From assembly GCF_009914755.1 (NCBI RefSeq), contig NC_060947.1: a DNA stretch of 64,000 nt. One strand, written 5' to 3'. Both the position numbers and the translations under genes were made by a program. This stretch comes from the human T2T-CHM13v2.0 reference genome, Homo sapiens. The notes under the pieces were generated by a model. That model saw only the letters and a list, made by a program, of their open reading frames with translations. It searched no databases and was not told the DNA's origin. Of this stretch, positions 25,910 through 38,852 are shown in pieces. Position 1 is the stretch's first letter; every line of letters starts with the position of its first letter.

Positions 25910-26465
25910 AAATGCACATCAGACACACCCATCAGATTGGAAAACATTTGGAAGACTGGCAATAGCAAGTGGTAATGAAGATGTAGAATAATGGGAGCTC
26001 TCATATATTGTTGATGGCAGTGTAAATTGGAAAGCCACTTAGTAAAAATATCTGACATTATCTACTAAAGTTAAACATATTTGTACTCTATGATCTAGAT
26101 ATTCTACAACAACTGTTATGACTTGAAAACTAACATACTTATGCATCATAATACATATATCAGAATGCTCATGATAGCACTGTTTATAATAGCACCAATT
26201 TTGAAGCAACTTAAATGCTTATGTAGAGTAGAATGAATATGTAGATTGTAGTGTATTTGTACAATGGAATATTATATGGCAATGGAAACAAAGGAACTAT
26301 AGTTACATGCAAGCAACAACATGTATTGATCTTACAAGCATAATGTTGAGCAAAAGAAATAAAATAACATATACTATATGATTCCGTTAATATAAGGTTT
26401 GTAAAAAGGAAAAATCTAGCTATAATTTTGTAGATGTATATGCAGGTATAAAACTATATTTAAAA
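25910..26465 (+). mobile_element. Old L1ME-like 3' fragment (resumes at ~30010-30240)
   Basis: ORF2 C-terminal and 3'UTR-like motifs (aatggaatattatatggcaatg, taatgttgagcaaaagaa). Confidence 0.65.
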
Positions 26466-26477
26466 AGACATACTTTT

Positions 26478-26630
26478 AGAACTTCCAGATAGCTGCAGAC
26501 ATGGATATTTCTAAAGGGTGACGCACCCAGGGAGGGCATGCAGCTCCACACCCCTTCCCTCATACCTCACCATATGCATCCCTTTGTCTGTGTCATTTAT
26601 AATATTGTTATAATAAACTGGTAAACATTT
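26478..26630 (+). mobile_element. MER21-like LTR fragment
   Basis: cccagggagggcatgcagctcc...catacctcaccatatgcatc...aataaactggtaaac resembles MER21. Confidence 0.6.
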
Positions 26631-26644
26631 AAAGAAGACATATT

Positions 26645-29600
26645 TCTGGTTCTGCCAAGATGATATAGCCCCCATGGGACTGGGGCTGAACCTCCACAAT
26701 CACCTGACAGCAATAAATCTGTATGAGGCAATGCAAAGCAGAGCTAGTTGGCACTTATTCCCTCTCCTCTCACCTCCTCCTATGTCAGCAGGGTCTAGTG
26801 GAAGCTGAGCTTTCACCCCCATCTCACAGCAACAGAGCAATTTGAATCAGCTCTCTTTGGGGGTGGGGAGGCAGTGGAACCAGTGAGGAGTTGATTTTAC
26901 ACGTCCACTTGGAGGCAACAAGAGGGTACCCTGCTTTCACTGGGAAGGCGTCAGAGGAGTGAGGAGTGGAGGGAGTGGCTAAATTTCTACCTTTTCCATA
27001 TGCAGTGAAGCAGTACAAGTTAGTGCACCGCTTTGACAGAGGTGGCATCAGCAGGGCCCAGTGACAATTTGAACAAACATACCCACCTGATCCTTGCATG
27101 ACATCTCAATAGGGGAGAGTGTCTTCTTTAAAAAAATATAAAACAAATTAAAATATTTAAATGAGACTCACTCAGAATATCATAACACAATATCCAACAA
27201 ATCCAGAGTCCAATAAAAACATTAACTACTATATCAACCATGAAAATCACAACTTCAATGAGAAAAACAATCAAATGACACCAACAATTAGACGTTGAAA
27301 ATTTCTAACAAGGCTTTTAAAGCAGCTATCAGAAAATGATTCAACAAGCAATTACAAATTTTCTTGAATCAAATGAAAAGAATTAGAAACTCTCAGCAAA
27401 GAAAAAGAAGTTATAAAAAAAAAAAACTAACTGGCAATCTAATGCCAGAAAAAAATTCTCACTAGTTGAGCTAAATAGTAAAGTGGAGATGACAGAGGAT
27501 AGAATAAAAAAATTGAGGCCATAACAATAGAATTCACACAATCTGAATAACAGAGAAAATAGACGGAAAAAAATGAACAGAGCATGGGATACCTATTAGA
27601 GAATAATGAAAGATCTACTGTTTGGATCATTAGAGTTCAAGAAATAGAAAACAGAAGGTGTTGACACATTTTTCAACCACTAAAAGAAAAAACTGTCACA
27701 TTTTCTTAATCCAGTCTATCATTGATGGACATTTGTGTTGGTTCCAAGTCTTTGCTACTGTGAATAGTGCCGCAATAAACATATGTGTGCATGTGTCTTT
27801 ATAGCAGCATGATTTATAATCCTTTGGGTATATACCTATGCACGTTGTGCACAAGTACCCTAAAACTTAGAGAATAATAAAACAAAAAAAAGAAAAACCT
27901 GTCAACCCAGTATTCTATATCCAGCTAAAATAAACTTCATGAATGATGGGAAAAATGAAGACATCCTCAAATTAACTACAATTAAAAGAATTTATTGTCA
28001 GCATACTTACCCTAAACAAATGACTAAAAGAAGTTTTTAAATCAAAATAAATGATAACAGAAGAAAGCTTGGAACTTTTGAAAAGAAAGAACATTGCCAT
28101 GAGTAAAAATAGGGGTAAATATAGTAGAATATCTTACTTCTCTTGAGTTTCTTAAATCAATATTTGGAGATTGATGTAAAAATTATAAAACTGTCTAATG
28201 TCATACCCCGTGAATACAGAAGAAATACATAACAAACTACATTTTTAAGTAGGAAGGATAAAGAGACCTAAAGAAAATGAGGTTTCTACAACTCACTCAA
28301 AATAGTAAAACATTGATACCAGCAAACTATGGTGAGTTATGTATGTATATTGCAATATCTGGAGCAATTGCTAAGAAAATGGTGCAAAGCAATATACTCA
28401 AAAACACTAAAAATAAATTAAGATGGAATCCTTAAAAATGATCAGATAACCTAGAAGAATATAAAAAAGATATCAAAGGAACAAGAAACAGATAAATTAA
28501 ACAGGAAAAAAAATAGTACAGACTAACATGACATTTACCTTAAATATAAATGGGCTAAATATAAGTAAAAGAGCTTTCAAAACTGGAAAAATAATTTATT
28601 CAATGATATGCTGTCTACAAGAAACCTACTTCAAATACAATGGCGTTGCTATGTTAAAAATAAAAAGATGGAAAAAGAGATACCGTGAAAATATTAATTT
28701 AAAAAGCAGGAATATCTATATTGATATAAGATAAAGCCTACATTAGGGCAAAAAATACGATGGATGAAAAGGGATATTACATAATAATATAAAGATCAGT
28801 CCACTGGAAGGACATATAATTCTAAATGTGTATGCACCAAAAACTGATACTCAGATAACAATGAAAAAAAATGGTAGAGTTGAAAAGAGAAATAGACAAA
28901 TCCAAAACTGTAGTTGAGAACTTCAACATTCTACTCTCAGAGATTTATAGAACCACTCAACAGAAAATCAACAAAACAGTATATAGAAACACTGAACCAT
29001 GCAATCCACCCAAATGACCCAACCAAAAAACTATTATCTATAAGAATTCTCAAAACTCTAAACGATCTAGTTAACAAATGGGCAAAAGAAAGAGAAGACA
29101 TTTTGCTGAAGAGAATATACAATTGACAAGCATATAAAAAGGGGTTCAACATAATTGTACATTAGTGAAATGCAAATTAAAACAACATCACTAAGAAACA
29201 TCACTACACACCTATCAGAATGGCTAAAACTAAAGACAATGGCAACACCAAATGCCGGTGAGAACATGAACAAACTGGATGATGTACATTTCTAGTGACA
29301 ATTTGAAATGGTACAACTACCTTGGAAAATAATTTATCAGTATCTTAGAAATTTAAACATGTACAATCCAGCAATTGCACTCTTGGGCATTTATCCCAAA
29401 GAAATTAAAATTTATGGTCACACAAAAATCTATACACTAATGTTTACAATATCTTTATTCTTAATAGTCCAAAGCTGGAAACAATCCAATGTGCTTCAAC
29501 AGATGAATAGTTAAGCAAACTGTGCTAAATCTATACCATGGAATACTACTTAGCAATAAAAAGGAATGAATTAGTGATAAATGCAACTATTTGGGAGAAT

Positions 29601-30010
29601 CTCCAGGGAATTATGCTGAGTGAAAAAAGCCATTCCAAAAAGGCCACATACTGTGTATATGTGATCGTTTATATAACATTCTGGAAATGAAAAAATTAGA
29701 GAAATGGAAAATATGGAGAACAGATTAGTAGTTTCTAGGGTTCAGGAATGAGTGGGGTGGGGGAAAAGGAAGCAAAAGGCAAGTATGGCTGTAAAAGGAC
29801 AATCAGAGGGACTATTGTGGTGTTCTCTATCTTGACTGTATTAATGTCAATATCCTGGTTGTAATATTGTACAATAAGTTTGCTAGATATTATTACTGAG
29901 GAAAACTTGGTAAAGAGTACAGGGATCTCTCTGTATCATTTCTTACAACTGCATATAAATCTGTAATTACCATAAAATAGAAAGTTTATCTCATAAAAAT
30001 AAAAAAAAAA
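26645..30010 (+). mobile_element. L1MC-like element with large internal deletions
   Basis: ORF1-like tract; EN start TLNINGLN...ICCLQET (28528); YNPAIALLGIYPKE (29308); L1MC-type 3' end and A tail at ~30000. Confidence 0.8.
27699..27887 (+). mobile_element. Tiny 5'-inverted L1PA insertion (twin priming)
   Basis: Antisense ORF2-end piece 27699-27836, then sense 3' end from ~27839 and an A tail. TSD aaaagaaaaa(a/c)ctgtca at 27682-27698 and 27888-27904. Confidence 0.88.
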
Positions 30011-30239
30011 AACCCATGGGCCCTACAAATGTCAGGACAGTGATTACCTCTGAGGGAAGGAAGAAGGTTATGATCTAGTCACATAAGCGTTTCTGTGGTC
30101 TTAGCAATGTATTATTGCAAATTTATTGACTTGGGAGATGGCTACACAGATATCATTGTATAAATATTTATTGCATTGTGTAAACAAGTCTTATGCACAT
30201 TGCTACATATGTGTCATATATCATAGTGGAAAAATTTTT

Positions 30240-30780
30240 TTTAAATACACATTGGATAATTTCATTTCTTTGCTTAAAATTCTCCAATGGCTTCTTTTGC
30301 TCATAGGATAAAAATCCAAACCCCTCATTGAGGCCTACAGAGCCTTCTTCACCAATCATTCTTCTCATGCTCTGTGTTCCTGACATACTCACCTTTTAAC
30401 AGGTCCTCCTTTGTTAGAGTTTTTGCACATGCTTTTCCATCAACCCAGAATGTCTGATTACTCTCTCTACCTCTCTTCACCTATAGATTTCAACTAAAAT
30501 CTCCAGGAGTTTATCAAATCCCCTCTGCGATATGCTTTCTTGACTCCCTGTGTTTCACCTTACTACCACCTTCATAGTTTACAATAGTATATTTTGAGTA
30601 ATTTGAGTAATAATTTGAGTACTGCCTGTGTCCTCTTTGACTCCTAGGCCTCCAGACCTACAGCTTAAGCTCCATAAGTGCAAGAATCCTCTCTGCCTTG
30701 TTTCACACAGTGCCTAGAGCAGTTCCTCCTAGAACATAACAAGAACTCAATATATATTTGTGGAATAAGTTGATTGAAAT
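30240..30780 (+). mobile_element. L2 3' fragment
   Basis: tgcttaaaattctccaatggctt...ataaaatccaaa and an L2-type terminus ctcaatatatatttgtggaataagttgattgaa. Confidence 0.65.
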
Positions 30781-31391
30781 TCCATTATGTCATTCTGTGT
30801 TACTTTTGGAGGCAACATAGGTTGAAAAGGTTCTTTAGATTAAAATTGATCCAATCTTGGTCAAATCTTGACTCTATCATATCCTAGATATTGATCTTGG
30901 GCAGGTTTATTTATCACTCTGATATTTAGTTTCACCATCTTCAAAATAAATCTTATCTAACATGGTTGTTGCAAAGTCAAAAGGAAATAATTCATGTTCT
31001 CTTTTCATATAATTCAAAAAATCTTTGTTTAGCATAAATAACTTGTTTTCTTTTCTCAAACATAGAAATTATGTAGCCCACCATATTTCCCTTTTTTGCT
31101 CTAGCCTGTATGAAGCTCAAACACTAAACTTATCAGAGCAAGCACTCTAAGTGCCTTAGTTGCATTAGGTGAGATCTAAGAACCTTGTTGATGGCTATCG
31201 TTTTTGGGTCTTTCTAGGGTAGTGCTCAGGATAGATAGAAGAGCATTCACTGAATGAGCCCTTAAGGACTGAAATATTCTTCCAACCATTGGCTTTTGCA
31301 CGTATGAAGCAAGTAGTTGACTACTTAGCATGCTCTGATAAGCCTAAGCAGAGTTGCAAATAAATATAATTTTTGTTATTCTAATGCTTAC

Positions 31392-31698
31392 TCATTTCCA
31401 GAGGATACTGCCAGGCAGTATCTTAGTGCTGTAGAAGAAAGTGGTATGATCAATTAGTGATTTGTGCACAGGCACAGGAAGGGGGAATGGTGGCATCTTT
31501 ATTACGTGACTATCATTCCAGATCTTAGAATATATTTCCCTATCACATGACCCAATGCATGAAATTCCACCACTGGTGCTTTGTGCCTCTGGGAAGGCGA
31601 AGGGAACAGCCTGCGACTTATTAGCAGGCCTCATAGTAAAAACTGGTTGAGAGACAGCTTGGACCTGATGGTAATGGCACATAGTACAAAAATGGCTG
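31392..31698 (-). pseudogene. Possible fossil exon 307 bp (contains track ORF 31392..31682)
   Basis: Acceptor ctttcag(cag); donor TGA|gtaagc; open for 101 codons from a phase-2 start. Confidence 0.45.
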
Positions 31699-31835
31699 CT
31701 GAAAGCTCAGAGCATGGAGGAAAAATAAAACTTCCTAGGTGAAGGCTGTATTCAGTGCTTGTCTGAGCCTCCTGGGCTCTCTACACCCTTTAGAAGCCAC
31801 CACACAGAAGTGATAATGCTAGAGTTGACACTCAC

Positions 31836-31906
31836 CTTGGTCCTTTAAATTATGTTGTATTCTTAGATAAGTCACCTGAAGCCTGTGGGGCTCCAAAACC
31901 GAAAGT
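31836..31906 (-). pseudogene. Fossil exon 71 bp, phase 0->2, TFGFGAPQASGDLSKNTT*FKGP
   Basis: Acceptor atacttctctacag; consensus donor AAG|gtgagt. Confidence 0.5.
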
Positions 31907-33205
31907 CTGTAGAGAAGTATGTATAGATAACTCAGTTTCCACAGACCAGCTAGGAAGACTTCCCTCTCTCCCTCACTCCTCTTGTCCACCCCTTCGTTTC
32001 CTCCTTCCCTCCTTGCTAACCTCTTCCCTCTTGCTCCCAGTTGTCTCCCCAAACTCTTTCATGCTACTTCCTGTCAAAATTCCGAGCTGTGTCCCTTCTG
32101 TGTCATCAGGGTGTGTCCCCTACCCTGGATCCCTTCAGGAGCCTTGATTCAGAAACACTTATGGACTGCAGATGCCAAGTTATTATTCATTACAAAGAAG
32201 CTATTTATCCACTAAGGCTAGCAAATATAAGCTGAAAGTGTGGTTTCCAGTGGAAATCTTTGGAGTAAGATCATGGGAAGCATCTAGGGGACACAGAGAG
32301 CACAAGATAGGCCACTCCCTGGTCTTTCTCCTCCTCTACAATTCTGAGAGCAGCCTGACTGCGCCAGGCTAAACATCCCATTACCTTCTGGACTTACACA
32401 CACATATGCACACATGCACACATGCACACACAGGCCACACATCCCCAGACTCAGGGAAGATTAGTGTGATCTTCCTTCCTTCCTCCCTTAAAACAGGAGC
32501 TCTATGAGGAAAAGATGGTGTTTAGCTCACATAGGGCCTGGCGTTGAGGATGTAACCATTTGGGGACTGACTGAATGAATGCACTGGAAGAACTTTAAAG
32601 TCCGCTAATGGAGACTCCTGGTTTACATTTTATTACATACTATATTGCAAATATGGAACCTGGTTTGAGGAGGGGAAAGGCTACAGAGTGACTTAAGGGC
32701 AGAGCTAGGGCTTAATTCTAATCATTTAGATCTTCAGACAAAAGTCCTTCCTGCTATAGAGAGCTAGAATTCATGAATTTGAACTTTGGCTCTGACACTT
32801 CCTAGCTGTGGTAACTTGGGCTACCCTCTGTGCCTCAGTTTCTTTGTATATAAAATGAAGATAATAATAGTACGTAACTCATTGATGCCTTGTGAGGATT
32901 AAATAGCTTCATCCATTTCTAGCACTTAGAATATTCCAGGTCCATAGAAAAATGTTTAATAAATATTAGGTATTATTATTTTGCCTACCTCTCTGAGCCT
33001 CATAAGCCTGGCATACAATAGGCGCTTCCTAGACCTCAAGTCCTTTCTACCTCTTCCTACCTTCTTTAGTGCTCTCTTTCATGCAGGAACTTTGGTCTCA
33101 AACTTTTTGCCATTTGTTGTGATCTCCAGTACATGGACTTCCTACTGCCCCACCTTTATTGTGTGTGTGCATGCATACACACACAGAGAGAGAGAGAGAG
33201 AAAAA

Positions 33206-33208
<3 letters not shown>

Positions 33209-33268
<60 letters not shown>
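33209..33268. repeat. (GAAA)15 tetranucleotide STR preceded by CA and GA dinucleotide runs
   Basis: Read directly. Confidence 0.95.
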
Positions 33269-33269
<1 letters not shown>

Positions 33270-36041
33270 GAAGAAAGAAAGGAAGAAAATAGAACAAATC
33301 AGCTTATATTCAGTATTTTTTTAGTATTTTCTGTGTCAGCTCTCTGAGGGGCACTGAGACCATAAAGATGAACATGACATGGTCTCCACCCTCAAAGGGA
33401 TCACTTTCTAGCAGAGGAGACATTCACACACACTAGCTATTTATTCCATACCCAGAGCATATGGGAGCTAAGACAGAGAGAAAATATGGATTCTAACCTT
33501 ATTTAGAAGGAATGAGAACATGGGAAGGAAGGAGAATCAAGGAAGGAAATAGAGGTGTATAGGTCAGAGTTGCAGGGAACAGAGCAGCGTAGAGAAGAGA
33601 GTGCTTCTGTTGGGGCAAGTAGAAAATGTTCAACACAGATGAGGAATATTGGCAGGGGATGAGATTTGGAATGTACCTTGAGTGTGAAGTGCCTGTGGGC
33701 TCTCCAGGTGGAGATAGCAGTTATAGTTGGCTAATACCGATCTAGAGTTTGAGAATGAAGTTAGGGGTGAAGAGCTGGATTGAGGAAAGATTAACACAGA
33801 AGTAAGACTTGAGGCCCTGAGATAGAGGAAACCAGATGGTTAAAGTAATTAGGCAGGGAAGACCCAGTTCTCAGAGGCCCTTCTTTTGGAGCTATGACTG
33901 TGGCCTAGCCCAGAGAAGCTTCTAGAACATTTCTTTCAAGACGAGCTCTTAGAATCTCATCAATGCTCCCCTACTCTGTACAATGTGAATTAGAAAAAGA
34001 TACCTTCTTTGGGCAGACCAAGTACACAAAGATGTCCCTTCTGGGTGGGTACAGAATTATGAGCTGCCATTTGGCAAGTAGGACAAGTCTGCCTTTTAGT
34101 CTTTGCTTGCCTTCTCAGCTTTTGTTGTGTAAGGCATAAGTAGTGCCACCCTACAATGTGGTCTTGAGTACCACGACCAGGTGGCTGGATGCAGGTGGAG
34201 AAAGTCATCAGTGTTAGCCTGGCTTTCTCTGAGGGAAAGCTACCTAGGTTCTCATACAAGGAAGAGGGCCTCAAGTCTTCTGCTATGGCTGGAAAAAAAT
34301 ATTTTTTCCAGAATGTTCATGGTTGTTATCCATGGTTGTTATCCGCAAGTTTTGGTATTTCAGGGACTTAAGCAGGAATAAGTTTTCATGATATAATTAT
34401 AGAGCAGTTAAACAAAGACTTTTGGTTTGGGGTCTTGTCCTAAAAACGGCCCATCAAAAGAGTCTTAGTTGGCTTTACTGAGAAGGTACAAGTACTAAGC
34501 CCTCAGCAGATGTTTATCTGCCTCCCTCACTCCTTCAACCTTTTGTAGCTGGATGAGAAGCCCTCTCAGTAGCCCCGGAGTCCAGCTACTCAGAGATGAA
34601 GTCAGATTCCCTAGATCCAGGCATTATAAACCTGCTGCTAGTTAGGCTCATAATCACTGACCTGGGGTGTGGGTGGGGGGCTGGCTTTAGAGGACTGAAG
34701 GCACAAGATAGGCAACCCAGGCAGAAACTCAGATTTGGGGCCCCGGGACAGTACCATAACAGTAGCAAAAGGAAGCCAAGTAGGACTTGTTTGGGGCTGG
34801 TACTACAGGCCCAGTCCAAGACAGGTTGGGTTAACTGATTAGGTCAAAAGGGCCCTAGCTATTCTTGGAGGAAGGAGGCAGAGGTTGGAATCCAGGTAGG
34901 GTCTGACAAGAGAAACTCAGATGCCTTGTTGTCTATAGCTGCTCCCATTAGTCCATAAGCCACCTCTTTCTTGCTCAAGCCAGAGAGTTGGTTTGAGGGA
35001 CACCTATGCATGTGGGTTGCATTCCTCTTCCCTGCCCTTGTCTTAGCTTAGATGAGCATGTAACTGGACACTGAAGCTGTCAGCAGAACAGATTACTTAT
35101 GACTAGGCATGTCAAAAACAGGAGGCAGATTAAAGTCTGGCCAATCATCCCATGAGCTAGGCCCCAAATGCTGGTACTTAGTGCCAGCTCTGGCCTGTGG
35201 GGCTTACTATGCCTCTGGGAGTAAGCGCTGTGTTGCCACAATTTCTCTTGGCAGGAAGGATCCCTAGAATTTAAGTCAAGAGCCTCGGGTTCTACCTCTG
35301 GCTCCATGACACATTTGAAATATGACTTGGGGCAAATCTCTTCTTTCTCTTTGTCTCAGTTTCTCCATATGTAGCATGACAGATTCAGACTCTTCTAGTT
35401 CTATTACTTTGTAGCTTTTCAGATACCTTGACCTGACTTATTCTTCCATCAGTCCTTTCCCTCTCTTTTCTCCCTCCTTCCCTTCTCCTTTCATCTGCAT
35501 ATTCTCTGAGGGACCCTCTGGCCTTAACTTGTGACATTAACTATATCAGGAAAAATCTCTATACTTCAAGAAGGGCTTTAAGGAAGTTACATCTTAAACC
35601 AGCATTTTTCAAACCGTGGGTCACAACTCACTAGTAAATAATGGAATCAATCTGGTAGATAAGAACTGGCACTTTTTAAAAGTGAAATAAAATAAAATAG
35701 AAAATATCAATGTGACTGCATATATTAAGGGTATTTTTTAGTGAAACTTTTGTTTTTATATTAGGTTGAACAATATATAAAATTGCCAATATGTATGTAT
35801 ACACACATATGTACGTATACATTTGTGTATGTACACATACACACACAGTGAAAGCATTTACTAGTTTACACTATAAAATGTATACCTTACTATGAGTCAC
35901 AGTAAAAAATGTTTAAAAGTCACTGTCCTAAGAAGGAGATAGCCAATGGTGAGCTATGTGGAGATACTGAAAGAGGCAGCTATGCAGGGGCCTTTTGGGA
36001 CCCATCACTTCTCAAATATAGGTAGAGACCTTCTTTATTAC

Positions 36042-36154
36042 CTATATAATCATCCAATTCTGTTTATACACCAGGTCTGGTGCATTTTTGGTAGTGTGTC
36101 CTCCTCATCAAGACAATAGAGTGTGTGCAGGGGACCTTTTCTGCAGAACCATCC
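36042..36154 (-). pseudogene. Fossil exon 113 bp
   Basis: Acceptor ctctttttccctcttag; donor TAG|gtaata. Confidence 0.5.
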
Positions 36155-36253
36155 CTAAGAGGGAAAAAGAGTAACGAGGCCTTCTGAGAGTGGTGATTTG
36201 GGGCCTCCATCATTGGTCTTCAGTGTTTGCTGGGCCAGTGGGCTTCCACTCAC

Positions 36254-36509
36254 CCTGATGTTCCCCCCGCCACAAGTAGGGATGCACCACATGGGGCTTT
36301 ACGGCACCTCCTGTAGCTGCCTGTTCTCTCAACATGGATTCTTTTTTGGACAGGAGGAGGGGCTCTTGTACTCCCAGAAGAAGATAAAACATCAACTCTG
36401 TTCCCAGTGTTATATGCAACAGAATTCTCATCAGCTCCCCGACAGGTTGGGGAGTGCCAGGGACATGGTTAGAAAGAAGAATGAAGAGCATCTGGCATGC
36501 AAGTCTGTT
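36254..36509 (-). pseudogene. Fossil exon 256 bp
   Basis: Acceptor cttttattcattcccttcag; donor AGG|gtgagt. Confidence 0.5.
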
Positions 36510-36577
36510 CTGAAGGGAATGAATAAAAGTGGCCAGCCAGCTGTTGCAGTTCCTAGTCCTCTTAAGACGCGATTCAC

Positions 36578-36699
36578 TGGCAGTTGTTTCCCCTTCTTGG
36601 CCTCCCTATGTGAAGAGGACACTGACCACTGTTAAGACGACAAGGTCTTTCTGGCACTGAGTCTGCCACTTTCTCCAATAATTTCCAAAGAAAGAACCC
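36578..36699 (-). pseudogene. Fossil exon 122 bp
   Basis: Acceptor gttttattctcctcag; donor CCA|gtgaat; the following intron is only 68 bp. Confidence 0.4.
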
Positions 36700-36970
36700 C
36701 TGAGGAGAATAAAACACATCAAAGCTCAGATACCTGACTTGTAATGTGAGTTTAACGAAAGAGAATGGCCAATAAGCTCTCACTCCTTGTCAGGCACTGA
36801 ATAACCTTTTTTTGTTTATCATCATAGGTTTCCATGTAAAGAAGGGTAAGCAATGGCTGGGCTAGAAATCATGGGAAATTTACATAAGGAAATCTTAATC
36901 CCTTAATATCTATATCCCCTGCCTCCAGGGTTTCAAGGTTTCAGTCTTCTGTCCTGACCTCCATATGTTT

Positions 36971-37519
36971 TTTATTTTATTTTATTATTATTATACTTTA
37001 AGTTTTAGGGTACATGTGCACAATGTGCAGGTTAGTTGCATATGTATACATGTGCCATGCTGGTGTGCTGCACCCATTAACTCATCATTTAGCATTAGGT
37101 ATATCTCCTAAAGCTATCCCTCCCCGCTCCCTCCACCCCACAACAGTCCCCAGAGTGTGATGTTCCCCTTCCTGTGTCCATGTGTTCTCATTGTTCAATT
37201 CCCACCTATGAGTGAGAATATGTGGTGTTTGGTTTTTTGTTCTTGCAATAGTTTACTGAGAATGATGATTTCCAATTTCATCCGTGTCCCCACAAAGGAC
37301 ATGAACTCATCCTTTTTTTAATGGCTGCATAGTATTCCATGGTGTATATGTGCCACATTTTCTTAATCCAGTCTATCATTGTTGGACATTTGGGTTGGTT
37401 CCAAGTCTTTGCTATTGTGAATAGTGCCGCGATAAACATACATGTGCATGTGTCTTTATAGCAGCATGATTTATAGTCCTTTGGGTATATACCTAGTAAT
37501 GGGATGGCTGGGTCAAATG
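36971..37519 (-). mobile_element. 5'-truncated L1PA (PA3-like), ~550 bp
   Basis: L1 3' end plus FDPAIPLLGIYPKDYKS. 17-bp TSD ctgacctcc(a/g)tatgttt at 36954-36970 and 37520-37536; EN site GTTT/AA. Confidence 0.93.
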
Positions 37520-38804
37520 CTGACCTCCGTATGTTTAAATCCTTCAAGATCCACCTAACTTCTACATCTTCTGTTAAAATTTCCTTCCCCCACCCTAAAT
37601 TGGCGTTGTCATTCTACATACTGCCATAACACTTTTTCTGCCCTTTTATAATTCTCATACTTTCTGACTCATATATTATGCTATGTGTGTCCATGTTCTA
37701 GCCTTCAGAGTCAGACAGAACTGAATTCAAATACAAGCCCCACTACTTACTTCATGATCTTGGGCAAATTCCTTAACATCTCTGGGCCTCCATTTTTCAT
37801 CTGGAAAATTATTGTGGCAATAATATCCACCTCATAAGGCTGATCTGTTGACAAAAAAAAAAAGCATGTTTAAAATGCTTTCCCAGACTTCCAGTTTCAT
37901 ATCTCATATTAATCCTATCATAACAAAAAGGAAAGTCTGGAACAAACTCAATACGAATAACTTTTATTGGACCCATCAGAGAACTGGCAATGCAGAGCAA
38001 GCTGTCATTCCAAAATCTGGTGAAACAGGTGAATTATGAGACTTATAGCCATGATTTCTAGAGCAGAAGTCCCTGGAGCCATAAAATCATAAGAACATTT
38101 AAATGATAATTTTGACAAATTACAGGAGGCTGAGTGTGAATTAGTGTGAAAGTGGGAGCCACAGGGTTTTTTTGGGAGGAGCACAATTTTGTGGAGTGTC
38201 TCTTCAGGAATCCCATCAGTTTATCATGGTGAGGAGTCAAGAAAAATCTCCTGATGGCTCTGGCAGGAGGAAGGAAAAAGTAACCATCATTTTTAAGTGC
38301 ACCCAGAGCATTCTCCATAACAAAGGCCTACTTTCCAGGGCAAAAGGCTTGACAAGAGAATTCCATATTCAGTAAAATTATCCTTCAAAAGTGAATAATA
38401 AATAAAGATTATCTCGGAAAAACAAGAACTGCAGGAATTTGTTGTTAGCAGACTTGCTCTGCAAGAAATGTAAAAAGTTCTTCAAAGAAAAGTAAAATGA
38501 TATAGATGAAAAACCAGGATGCACATAAAGAAAGAAAGAGCATTGTAGAATAAATAAATGAAGGTAAAATAAAATATTTTAATTTCTCATTCTTAATTGA
38601 TCTAAAACTGTCCATTTAAAGTGATACTAGTAACAATGTACTGTGCAATTACAGAATATGAATAAGTGAAATGAATAATAGCAATATTATAAGGGAAGGG
38701 AGGAAGGAATTATGACTACTCTAAGGTACTGCACTACACATCACATAAAAGTGGTATAAAATCATTTGAAAGTGGACTTAGATAAGTTGGACTTAGGTTA
38801 TATT

Positions 38805-38806
<2 letters not shown>

Positions 38807-38852
<46 letters not shown>

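Noticed and set aside
32981-33347. K/E/R-rich ORFs
   Set aside because: Translations of the (GAAA)15 microsatellite.
38807-38852. T46 run as an assembly artefact or ordinary homopolymer
   Set aside because: It abuts a TSD copy and follows a correctly spaced ATTAAA, so it is the insertion's poly(A) tail; the exact length may still be imprecise.
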